Assembly (NCBI GenBank): GCA_965649825.1
Contig: OZ287694.1
Coordinates: 1,885,192 to 1,949,191 of the forward strand
DNA length: 64,000 nucleotides
Source of the DNA: Penicillus capitatus
Taxonomy: Eukaryota > Plantae > Chlorophyta
Reading direction: 5' to 3'
Part shown: piece after piece, positions 35,563-46,128 of the stretch
Position numbering within the stretch: position 1 is the first letter of the stretch
Layout: each line of letters starts with the position of its first letter
Position numbers and translations under genes: made by a program
The notes under the pieces: model-generated
The model's input: the letters and a program-made list of their open reading frames with translations, nothing else
Told to the model about the DNA's origin: nothing
Database searches by the model: none

Positions 35563-37304
35563 TTTGCTTTCTCGTCTGTCGGTCTGTCTGAGAAAACGTG
35601 TCGTCAAGTGCGAGAAAAGACGAACAATGAACGCGTTCCGTCGATGAGTCTGACGGACGACGCGGCATCCGTTTATTCGCCATCATCTCATGTGTACGGC
35701 CATTACTTCATGTGCCAAGATCACTTTGCTTGCTAGTTATTCTCTTGTTACGCTAACGGAATCTCCCTGCGTCTGAATCTTTAGAAAGTCGTTCGCCGAG
35801 CAACCACGCCGCGCGAGACTGTTCCGCTGTGTCTCGCGTGCGATCTTCGCTCGTCAAGGAGCACAACGCGTTGCCTTTGTGCGAGGTAATGCCCTCCTAC
35901 TGTGTCTAACGTCTTGAGGGATGTCAGAAGGCCGCGACGGTCGTAGCCAATGCTACAACAGCTGATTCCCTGCGTCTCTGTCTGCCACATATCTCCTGGC
36001 CGATGGTCCTGGCCATGCGGCTGTGTGCGGTGACCAACCTCTCCCTGAGGACTCTGCTCTCCGTTTACTAAACTGACAGCAGTTCCGCTGCCGTCGTCTT
36101 GCAGAGGCGGGAGACGAATGCAGCCTCTTAGACCAAGGCGTGGGGAAGACATCGAAAAGTGCGGCGCTCTGTCCTACAAACACCTTCTCGTAAGCGACGT
36201 GCAAAAAGGAGGTGGTCTACGTAGGTCTCGACGATGAGAAGAAGCGACTGCTCTTCTTCCATAAAGGTCGAGCCACTGCGAAGAGTCTGAAGATTCCTGG
36301 CAGCACGTTGGAGAATCGTTTTCGAATCCAAACTATTGCGGAATAGTGTAATGTCGGGATCTACGCTCATTCGAAGAAGTCTACCATCCCCATCCATCCC
36401 TGTGGACACGATTGATCTGGCACTCCAGAAAGGTACTGTCTTTGTTTTATGGAGAAACCATCATGCACTAATATTTCCATCCACCTGCCTCCTCATCTTG
36501 TCAGGCTATGTCTCTTCGTATCCATCTCTCTTTTGAATTCCAGCGGCTTCGGCGAATCGCTGACATACACGGTACACGATATTGGCGTATGATCGAAACA
36601 GGCTGTTCTCTGTGCACACGGCATTTCCAACTGTCGAAAGAGAACAAGTCACCTGACAGCAGTGATCATCACACGTTGGGGGTGTCGCTGTCAGATGCGA
36701 TTCCACTGTCTTGACATCCAGGAACCGTCCAGCCGGTGACAGGTAAACGCTGCAAGGTCCAGGTTGTCAGAAGGTCTTTCCTCTGCCCTGGAATCTTCTT
36801 TGTCGTCACGTCTTCGACGCTGTTCAGTCGATGGTGCCGATGTGGATGTTCAAACAACACAAGTGGCTGTTTCTGTGAGATTAGGAAGAATCAGATCTCT
36901 ATGTGATGGATCGTCTGTGGATGTACAAAGTGAGAATGTGTGGAACTAGTGTCTACATCCAAGATCTGACATATGTGAAATGGCTCGATCTTACCCCGGC
37001 TTTATAGCTGGGCCAATCCATCTTCACATAACTAACTCTCTACGAAGTGCAGAAGACATGGATGCTGCGCTCTTACACAGTTCGGAGACCGACATGTGCA
37101 ATTCTCGCAATCGCTGCCGTATCTGGCAGACTTCTTCGCTCTTTAAGCACTTGCCATAAAGATGGAAACATCTTAACATGGAAGCATCGACAGGTTACTG
37201 ACAAGACAAACTGCTACAGGTCCAAAAGAGAAGCAGGTAAGTTTCAAATGCCCGGATGCTGTCCGTCATGGATCAGGAAGGACGACTCGGTGGTGAAGAC
37301 CTGT

Positions 37305-38351
37305 TTAGGTCATCGGGTACATATCGGACGCCTTCTCATCCACTACTTCATCGTCTGCTTCTGAAGTGTACTTGAGATGACCGGAGAAGATTGTAATCGG
37401 ACCATACTTCCCAACAGCTTCCTGGACTTTAAAATGCGAGCCCGGATAGACGTCGACCTTTACTCTTTCCGAACGACTCTGATGAAACGCGCTTCGTTCC
37501 ACCGTCGACCAATCGAAATGAATACTGCTGCTGATCTTGAGCTGAAAAATTCTTCCGAAACCTGCTGACGCACTTACAGACGTAGAGAAAGACCCCGCTC
37601 TCGTCGACTCTCTTTCCAGATTCGTGCCTCTTGCGTATTCCAATTCGACTCCTATTATCGATTTGCCAGCCTTGTTGTCAAACTCCGTGATGGTGACCCA
37701 CTTATCAGACGCTTCCCATTCTTTGTCGCCTTCTTTCCACCCGACAAATCGATTGCGGCCTTGAGTCTTTGATTTCCAGCTACCGCAGTAGAGCACACTG
37801 TTGGTCCAAAGGAAAATAAAATGGTACGGCGCCCTGGCTCTGCGAATCATGAGATTGTCGTTATTCTCGTCGAGATAAAGATGGAAACGTTCCCAGGTGT
37901 GGATCTCTCCCCTTCCTTCGACATCGCCTTCGTCTTCGCAACACAACCATTGCTGAGTTTTGGTGTTTTTGATAGCAAAGACTCCATCGTCGACTATATA
38001 AAGTTCAAATCGATGCGCCTCTTCACAATTCTCTCCGTCGGCGCGGAACCTTCCGCTTCCCGAACGCGCATCGTGACGCACAAACTTCAAGTTTGTGCCG
38101 AGGAGGGCGATGTACCGCGTTCCGACACTGACGCCGTCATTTCCCGGCCCCACTTGAAAACGCCACAGCTGGTCGGTGTTCGTCACTCGGACGGTAGAAG
38201 GATTCTTAACGCTTCGCGTCGGACGCCGTAGCTGGTTGGGGTTCGTCGCTTGGACGGTAGAAGTATTCTTGACACTTCTTGCAGAACGGACCTCGGTTGC
38301 GACTGCCGTTTCAGTAAACAGCAGCAACAATGCGACAGATGTGAAGGACAT
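37305..38351 (-). CDS. Secreted protein (348 aa): fascin-like beta-trefoil plus aerolysin/ETX-MTX2-like pore-forming domain
   Basis: True start MSFTSVALLLLFTETAVA (signal peptide) at 38351, then two 21-aa repeats. Fascin-like motifs (FAIKNTKTQQWLCCEDEGDVEGRGEIHTWERFHL). Alternating Ser/Thr-rich hairpin TRAGSFSTSVSASAGFGRIFQLKISSSIHFDWST flanked by beta strands. Intronless. Domain calls are by pattern recognition only. Confidence 0.65.
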   Translation of the reverse strand: MSFTSVALLLLFTETAVATEVRSARSVKNTSTVQATNPNQLRRPTRSVKNPSTVRVTNTDQLWRFQVGPGNDGVSVGTRYIALLGTNLKFVRHDARSGSGRFRADGENCEEAHRFELYIVDDGVFAIKNTKTQQWLCCEDEGDVEGRGEIHTWERFHLYLDENNDNLMIRRARAPYHFIFLWTNSVLYCGSWKSKTQGRNRFVGWKEGDKEWEASDKWVTITEFDNKAGKSIIGVELEYARGTNLERESTRAGSFSTSVSASAGFGRIFQLKISSSIHFDWSTVERSAFHQSRSERVKVDVYPGSHFKVQEAVGKYGPITIFSGHLKYTSEADDEVVDEKASDMYPMT

Positions 38352-38848
38352 CTCCGAAGCGGGCGGCAGGAAATCAAGGGCCTGCACAAGACAGTCACAT
38401 CGCCATGGAAATCTTGGCGACAAACAGTGACAGTTGAATCAGGATTCATGCCTTCTGTCGTGCGAAAGACACGGCGAGTCGAACTAACGCGCGTAGTGGA
38501 AACGAAACAAAACGGAAACACGCAAAGAATCGATTAAATTACACAGCCCGGCCGTTTCCCGGGATGCTGTCGCCCGTCACTTTAAACAATGAACGAACGC
38601 GCAAGGCGCGTCAGAGAATCTTACTTCTTCGGTGTGTCGAGACTCGTATGGCGTAGAACGTCCTTCGTCTTCCGTCCTCGCGTTGGTATGGAGATCGTCG
38701 CAGAGTCTTCTCACGTCTCCTCGAGTCCATCCCGTCCACTGTAGCTGGTTCACGCGAAAAAAAAACAAAAAAGGCAAAAGGCAAAAGGTAGAGAAAGATG
38801 ATGAATGGATGAAGCAACCGACGCAGCCTTCTGCGTCAGCAGCTTTAG

Positions 38849-38915
38849 GGCTAGGGTGACTGCTCAGTCGAGTGACCGAACAGTTTCGACGGCGCCACCC
38901 GTCTCATCAGACCCC
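38849..38915 (-). ncRNA. Hammerhead ribozyme C (type I), copy 1
   Basis: Minus strand: GGGGU-CUGAUGA-G-ACGG-GUGGCG-CCGU-C-GAA-ACUGUUCGGUC-acuc-GACUGAGCAGU-C/ACCCU-AGCC. 11-bp stem III, 5-bp stem I. Predicted cut between 38858 and 38857. Confidence 0.93.
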
Positions 38916-39016
38916 TTAAGAGTTTTTGCCGATTTAGCGCTATCCAGTCCCGCCACGAGGAGGCACGGCTCGACGTTGCGTTGGCAAACGCACCGCCGTT
39001 GGGACCACATTTTTGT

Positions 39017-39424
39017 GGGGTAATCAATCACGAAATGAAATGCCATTCTTTTGGGGGGTAATCACGAAATGAAATGCCATTCTTTTGGGGGGTAATCACG
39101 AAATGAAATGCCATTCTTTTGGGGGGTAATCACGAAATGAAATGCCATTCTTTTGGGGGGTAATCACGAAATGAAATGCCATTCTTTTGGGGGGTAATCA
39201 CGAAATGAAATGCCATTCTTTTGGGGGGTAATCACGAAATGAAATGCCATTCTTTGGTAATCACGAAATGAAATGCCATTCTTTGGTAATCACGAAATGA
39301 AATGCCATTCTTTGGTAATCACGAAATGAAATGCCATTCTTTGGTAATCACGAAATGAAATGCCATTCTTTGGTAATCACGAAAGTGCCTTGGGTAATCA
39401 CGAAAGTGCCTTGGGTAATCACGA
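39017..39424. repeat. 29/34-bp satellite GGTAATCACGAAATGAAATGCCATTCTTT, 11 units plus 2 degenerate
   Basis: Six 34-bp units (extra TGGGG) followed by five 29-bp units; no spacers. Confidence 0.95.
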
Positions 39425-39998
39425 GGATGTCCTTCCTTCCGGGATTCCTCAACCAGGTCGAAGGGAAGGCCCGCCTACGGGAGGCGGCCTCCCACTTCGC
39501 CTTCGGGACTAACGGGTGGGCCCGACGCCGTAGAAGCCGTTCAACAGTCCGCGCCACAACGGTCGCACGATTGCCGCCATCGACGGCAGCGTCTCATGCG
39601 CTGTGTGAAAGGATCTTTTTCGACGGACAACCGAACGACGAGTTCGACGTAGTGGGACCGGAGCTGCGCAACTGTGGGGGAGTATCTCCCGGAAAGAAGG
39701 GCCATCCGAGGATGTCCCCCCGATCCGAGATTCCTCAACCAGGTCAAAGCAAAGGCCGCCTACAGGAGACGACCCTTACCCCGCCTTCGGGACTAACGGG
39801 TGGGCCCGACGCCGCAGAAGCCGCTCAACGGCCCCCGCCACAACCGCCGCACGATTGCCGCCGTTCTCGGCAGCGTCTCATGCGCTGTGTGAAGGTCTTC
39901 GATACTGCAAAACTTCAATATGACGGACAATCGAACGACGCGTTCGACGCATCCGGACTGGAACTGCGCAACTACGGGGGAGTATCTCACGGAAAGAA
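39422..39998. repeat. Diverged tandem dimer of a 285-bp GC-rich hairpin-rich module
   Basis: CGAGGATGTCC starts at 39422 and 39707. Both units keep CC-TTCG-GG, GCAGCG/CGCTGT and GGGAG/CTC(C/A)C inverted repeats. Also at 59641-60217. Confidence 0.85.
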
Positions 39999-40023
39999 AG
40001 ACGAAAAATGGTGCGCGTCATCA

Positions 40024-40337
40024 CTTATATACCCCTTCAGATGATGTGACAGCGTCACATCGTTTTGTCGCGCAATCAGCCAATCACGACGCGAGTTCAG
40101 AGTACCAACCGTCGGAAGAAGAAGCAGGGAGGAAGGCGTCGATGCAGCCGATAGCCAATCACGTTCCGGTTTGGGAATATTCCATCTGTCACATCAGAAT
40201 ATTCCATCTGTCACATCAGAATATTCCATCTCCGTCGTCGGTTTTTCGTCGATTCGGCCACTCAGCGCGCATCTATGGCAGTCTAACCGTCCTCAAGGTG
40301 ACGTTGACAGGGTCGCGTCAACATCCAAGTATTTAAG
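40024..40337. promoter_or_regulatory. Putative bidirectional Pol II promoter
   Basis: TATATAAG on the minus strand (40031-40024) and TATTTAAG on the plus strand (40330-40337). CCAAT at 40080 and 40155, palindrome GATGTGAC-agc-GTCACATC, and 22-bp repeats x2.5. Second copy at 60243-60556. Confidence 0.5.
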
Positions 40338-40440
40338 GGGCACCGCGACGCGCATTTCGTCTTTTGTCGTTTGGGCGGTTCTACTGGTGGCGTTCTCGCT
40401 CGCGGGTTTCGGCTCGGAACTTAAACGCTTTCCGGGGTCA

Positions 40441-40745
40441 GTGCTGCCACATGCTGTAAGCCGACCAACACGATGCGTGGGCTGCGGAGAGGCACCCCTC
40501 GTGAGCGGGGGAAAGCCGACGATCTTCAGTCACCGCACCGTAGTTGGCGCCTGCGAAGGTCGTTAGACGCTGTATTCGGAACTCAGAACGCCTACCGGGC
40601 TAGTGCTGCCACATGCTGTAAGTCGACCAACACGGTGCCGTTAGCTATGGGGAGGCACCCCCTCGGGGGCGGGGGGAAACCGAGGATCTATAACCACCGC
40701 ACCGTATTGGCGCCTGCGAAGGTCGTTAGACGCTGGACTCGGAGT
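40441..40745 (+). repeat. Diverged tandem dimer of a 162-bp structured module
   Basis: GTGCTGCCACATGCTGTAAG starts at 40441 and 40603. Long stems CCAACACG.TGC / GCACCGTA.TTGG in both units. Also at 60660-60964; its tail is visible at 1-20. Confidence 0.85.
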
Positions 40746-40908
40746 GTCTAAGGCGCGTTGCGAGGCTTCCCTTCGGGGAAGCTGATGACCTCCACACCTG
40801 GCTCCGAACTTTGCGCTCCGCCGCACGCTTAAGACATACGGCTCCACTGCGCTAGTGCCACGCCACCTTCGGGTGACGCGTCGCTGGTTCAGTGGGGAGG
40901 GTGGGCTT

Positions 40909-41009
40909 GGGGTCATCCTAGCCGTTCCGGATCTTTCCGGACCGCGTCGAGGGTTTTCGTGCCTCGACGCGAAGGGGTCTGACGAGACGGGTGGCGCCGT
41001 CGAAACCCT
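40909..41009 (+). ncRNA. Hammerhead ribozyme A (type III topology), copy 2
   Basis: GGGGUC/AUCCU-AGCC ... hairpin CGCGUCGAGG:CCUCGACGCG ... GGGGU-CUGACGAG-ACGG-GUGGCG-CCGU-CGAAACCC. Canonical GUC site; predicted cut 40914/40915. Confidence 0.78.
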
Positions 41010-41191
41010 AACTAAGTCTTCCGTTTACGTGTCGTCCGTACCGCGCGCGCTCGAATTACGCGTTTTGTTCTCGCTCTCCGTGTCGGAGCTCGGTCGATGT
41101 CCAGCGCACGGGTAGATCTGCCGACATCGTCCGCGGGTCTTCTTCCTCCGCCGATTCGATGTCGCGTTCGTTCGCGCTGCGACGCGGGAAA

Positions 41192-41262
41192 GGGGTCTGA
41201 TGAGACGGGTGGCGCCGTCGAAACCGCAGAGTGCTTCGTTGCATTCGGCGGTCACCTCAGCC
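41192..41262 (+). ncRNA. Hammerhead ribozyme B (type I), copy 2
   Basis: Same fold as 465-535. Stem I 3' strand is ACCUC (C-G changed to U.G, pairing kept). Predicted cut 41253/41254. Confidence 0.92.
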
Positions 41263-44058
41263 AGTCGTTTTTTTTTCTTTCTGTCTCTTTATCGCCTATT
41301 TGTATCCATGTTTCTGCCTACGTGCGTTAACACTAACTGACCTTCACAACCGATGGCAAGGCGATCTGCATATGTGTGTATGTGTGTACACATGCTCCCC
41401 GCTCGGCTTTAAAGAAGAATTCTTCGCGCTGTGTCTCTCACTCGTTCGTCCTCCTGCCGTTAAGTGATCTGACCCTAGTTTGTTCAACGTGATGGTAGAC
41501 TTGGAGGCGACGCATTTTTTTGGTATTGGAAAGTGGACCTTTGTACCTGCCTAGACCAGAGTGGCAGATCAGCAGTCCTCTGGATTTCTGACGAGTGGTT
41601 CTTAACAGCACATCAACCTTGGCGATCATCAGGACGCCGACGTTGTGCGACACCGTCGTTGCAACGGATAGCGAGCCCGTGAAGCTTTCGAGTGACCTCA
41701 TTCTCACAACGTGAACCGGCGATTCTCAAGCTTGCCGTTGCAACGGCGGACTCCATCGCCCGACCGCTTCATTCGCTCTTGCATCAAGAGAATATCACTC
41801 CTCAGCGCTGTCGCCGTCTCCACGTCAAACTACGTTTTAACGGAGCGTTCCGTTCTCCTTCAGGTGGGTGGGTGTCCTGCAAACAGACGCTGGCTATACA
41901 CAGTGAGTGACCAGAAGCCCGAGCAAATGCAAGACGGCCCTTGGCCTGTCAAATCAGAAGCGCGCTGATCTCTCTTTGCTTTCCAGTCGTCACACCACAA
42001 CAGACAGAACCGGTGGCCATGCTGAGACTGTCCTTTTTTAACATCCCGTCTTCTAGTCGAGACGTTGCGGACCGGAATCGAACTTCTAGGTGCTCTCCCC
42101 TGAGCACTGCTGCATTAGGAGTGAAGATCACCGGGAGTGTCGCGATATAAACCTATGACATGCATTACCGTTTTGGAGTCCCCGATTCAAGGGACATTGA
42201 TCGCATCAGAACGCACCGAAGGACCGAAGGAAGGTGTTTGTCGACGAACGCATAACACAGCTTTCTGGTGCAAGATCCGACCGAGATCGCAGCTGCATGG
42301 GTTTATGTCCCACGAGATTCGAAAGGCCGACACACTCGGTGTGAAGCTAGCCGCCGCCAATCGAGAACAACGAATTCAAGAACTTCGATTCCTCACTTCC
42401 AACGAAACCTCTTTCTTCCCGCCGCCGACCCTCTTCTGAAGTGTTCCACACTTGGTCGTCGCTCACCGGACTGTTTATTCATATGCCGGCGCTTTCAGAT
42501 GGAGCAAGATCTGTCACAGCTTCGTGCGACTGTTGTCCTCGTTCCCGCAGATCATCCCAGTGCGCGTCATCGGTCATGGTCGCATGGATGCGCCAAACGT
42601 GCGAAGTCTACAAGAAGACAAATGAATGAATGACTCGGCACGTCGTCGGAATACACGACGTTTAAGTAAGTAACAGGCGAGAACAGTTCATTATCTACGA
42701 GAAAGGCTACGCGGAGCGAGCGACTAGTGCTTTCCCAACTCCGTGCTTCGATCGCCCTCAGCAACGTCGTCGCGCCAATGTCCTTTCAGATCGTCCACAT
42801 TTTAGCGCCGGTGACAGACACACTAGACGACAGCAACTCACCATGTCCGACGAGCCAGACAGAGACTATAGAAATTTACTCCTCTGATGACGATACGAGC
42901 AGCTAGCTGGATTCAGACAAGTGAGATAAGAAAACTTCGTCGCTGCAAAAAACACAGACAGATGTTGTGTCAACGTTTCAGATTTGGCAAGGAAGCTTTT
43001 GGATGCGCTCGTATCGTGGAAGTAGCAGTTGTGTGTGCCCTGACGACGATAAGACAGACAGACGTCGGTAGATGCGACCTGGACTTATGCCAAGTGTGGC
43101 AGCTTCTGGTTGCGTAAGATTGTCTGCTTCTCGTGACTGAAGCGTCAGTCAGGTCGTAACAAGGAAGCCTGTCGCGCGGAGTATGAGGCGGTTTTTGATG
43201 GAATACAGAGGTTACACAATCAACAACTTTTCAAAGGACAAAACGGAGTGAAAAGGTTGCTTACAATCAACTTGTACAGCAAACAGAAAGAAAGTAACTC
43301 GTAAGCAAAGAAGCAGAACAATTCTAATCCAATCTTCTTCTTCCCCCTTTTGCTTAACCCTTCAGGTGCAGACAGCTCGGACAGTCGTCTAAGCCGCCGT
43401 GCGTGGTCGGTCTTGAAGTGAGAGGTGAACGGGAGAGCCGGTGTGTCATAGGTGTTCTCTGAAAGACTTATGCCAGAATGGATAGAGACATTCACGAAGA
43501 GGTCACAGTACTCAGCCAGTCTTCCGAACCCCCCCCAAATGCGTTCGGTAGTTTCTCAAATTTCTCTCCGCGCCTGCTCGAAGAGAACGAACAGCTCTCT
43601 AGCCGGTGAGGGAGAGGGAGAGGGAGAGGGGGTTCCACTGTTAGTTATGACTCTCCCATCCAGTGGGTTTGAAGAGTGGGAGAGAGGACCACTGGCCGAA
43701 GAGGAGTCCAGTGGGATCATCGGATAAACGCTGCTGCGTTCTTTTGCACATTTGCTGTGATTGTTCTGTCGTAAACCGCTCGTTCGGTGACAACTGTTGC
43801 CATTGTAGGCTGCTTTCGCATCTTTACACTTCGACAGTTTTCACGCTGGTAGATCTGTTCCGTCACCTCCGTTAATGCCCGTCACATTCTACCCGACACG
43901 TGTATGTACGGATAAAAAACCGTTCGATAAACGCGCGCGCAAAGCACGAAGCTATGAAGAACATAGAGTACTATTACATACCATTGTTTCGGTTCGACTC
44001 ATAAGGATCGAACTCAACTTGACAGTGAAACAGCCAGAGCAATGAATCTGAATGGAAA

Positions 44059-44612
44059 CAGCCAGTTCGACTTATAGAGAGGTCGAACTCATGTTGCAGA
44101 GACGATGCGTGCGCTTGCCAGAAAAACAGGCCAGGGTCAGCCCCGGCGGACAAACAGCCGGTTCGACTTATAGAGAGGTCGAACTCTTGTTGCTCAGACG
44201 ATGCATGTGCTTGCCAGAAAAACAGGCCAGGGTCAGCCCCGGCGGAAAAACAGCCGGTTCGACTTATAGAGAGGTCGAACTCTTGTTGCAGAGACGATGC
44301 GTGTGCTTGCCAGAAAAACAGGCCAGGGTCAGCCCCGGCGGAAAAACAGCCGGTTCGACTTATAGAGAGGTCGAACTCTTGTTGCTCAGACGATGCATGT
44401 GCTTGCCAGAAAAACAGGCCAGGGTCAGCCCCGGCGGAAAAACAGCCGGTTCGACTTATAGAGAGGTCGAACTCTTGTTGCTCAGACGATGCGTGTGCTT
44501 GCCAGAAAAACAGGCCAGGGTCAGCCCCGGCGGACAAACAGCCGGTTCGACTTGTAGAGAGGTCGAACTCTTGTTGCTCAGACGATGCGTGTGCTTGCCA
44601 GAAAAACAGGCC
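44059..44612. repeat. 96-bp hairpin tandem repeat, about 5.5 units
   Basis: Same unit as 3445-4116. Confidence 0.95.
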
Positions 44613-45210
44613 AGGGACAGAGGACACCGCGCCCATGCAACCAGGGACAGAGGACACCGCGCCCATGCAACCAGGGACAGAGGACACCGCGCCCATGCAA
44701 CCAGGGACAGAGGACACCGCGCCCATGCAACCAGGGACAGAGGACACCGCGCCCATGCAACCAGGGACAGAGGACACCGCGCCCATGCAACCAGGGACAG
44801 AGGACACCGCGCCCATGCAACCAGGGACAGAGGACACCGCGCCCATGCAACCAGGGACAGAGGACACCGCGCCCATGCAACCAGGGACAGAGGACACCGC
44901 GCCCATGCAACCAGGGACAGAGGACACCGCGCCCATGCAACCAGGGACAGAGGACACCGCGCCCATGCAACCAGGGACAGAGGACACCGCGCCCATGCAA
45001 CCAGGGACAGAGGACACCGCGCCCATGCAACCAGGGACAGAGGACACCGCGCCCATGCAACCAGGGACAGAGGACACCGCGCCCATGCAACCAGGGACAG
45101 AGGACACCGCGCCCATGCAACCAGGGACAGAGGACACCGCGCCCATGCAACCAGGGACAGAGGACACCGCGCCCATGCAACCAGGGACAGAGGACACCGC
45201 GCCCATGCAA
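44611..45210. repeat. Perfect 30-bp minisatellite CCAGGGACAGAGGACACCGCGCCCATGCAA x20
   Basis: Read directly; 600 bp. Confidence 0.97.
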
Positions 45211-46128
45211 CCAAGGACAGACAACCAAGGACAGGACAGAGGACACCGCGTCCATGCAACCAATCAGTGTAATAGTATACCTTCTCTTCCGTTGCCCACG
45301 ACGATCAGAACAATCGAAACCTTGCCTCAATGGGCGCTTTCCAGTTTCTTCGACGTCCCAAAGCAAACGAGACAAACCTGTTCCCTTGGCGATCTAACCG
45401 TCCGATCACGCTACCTTTCCCGCATCCCCTACACCAATTCCCAGCGCCTCCGCACTAGACCTACCGCCGCATGCAAACCCCGTGGAGCGAAATAACATAC
45501 CGTCTAGTCTACCACTCTCCCTTGTGGGCACCAACGTCTTCCTCAAGCTGACGACGAAGCAGAGCTTCGTGGAGAAACCGACGCAAGAGATCCACGAACC
45601 ACGGCTCTTGAGAAAAGAATCCACGCAGAACACCCGAAGCGTGCTTGCAGTGGCAACGGAAAAACAGAAAAGAAAAAACAACAAGCCTACGACACACACC
45701 GACAACGGAAAGACAGCTCTGGCGCGGGAAAGAAAAAACCACGTTTCCTACGAAGACACTCAAGGAAAGAAAAAAACGCGCGTCGAGCCATAGAGATCGC
45801 AGAACTCAAGGTCAGCATGCAGTCAACCGAAGTACGTGGCCCCACGGCAATCCTCGTTCCCAAGCCGTCATCGCCCCACGCTCTCCACTATTCGCACACC
45901 TAGGTCGTCGTGCTTTGGCCTCACCGCGTAGTCGCCATCCATGTTCTCCCCTTCATCACGCGTCACCAATTTACGCATTAGATCGCCAACTCATCCCCTT
46001 TTGTCGACCCTTGACATTTCTTCTCTCCTCGCTCGACCATCTCGACAAGGTTCCGCCATCCACAACAGAAGGTCCGATACAACCTCCGACGAAGCCTAAT
46101 CCTCACTCCATACCGCTTAAGAAGTCTC

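Larger units (their letters stand above)
35125..43698. repeat. Near-identical segmental duplication, first copy (pairs with 52156-64000)
   Basis: Offset 17031 bp at the left end, 19722 after the LTR insertion and 20219 after satellite expansion. Weaker homology extends left to about 32150/49150. Confidence 0.95.

Noticed and set aside
39017-39424. CRISPR array (also 58747-59643, 56351-56550 and 44611-45210)
   Set aside because: Repeat units abut directly with no unique spacers, there are no cas genes, and the context is eukaryotic.
39450-39525. HDV-like ribozyme (GG...CUAA followed by a P2-like helix)
   Set aside because: P1 is incomplete and there is no P3/L3 consensus; it folds better as simple hairpins.
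39331-40044. 237-aa ORF across the satellite and 285-bp dimer (also 59550-60263)
   Set aside because: Starts inside the satellite, has no ATG-supported start or domain, and the dimer units do not keep a common frame.
40441-41300. rRNA/ITS or tRNA genes in the GC-rich structured region
   Set aside because: No conserved rRNA signature sequences or cloverleaf found.
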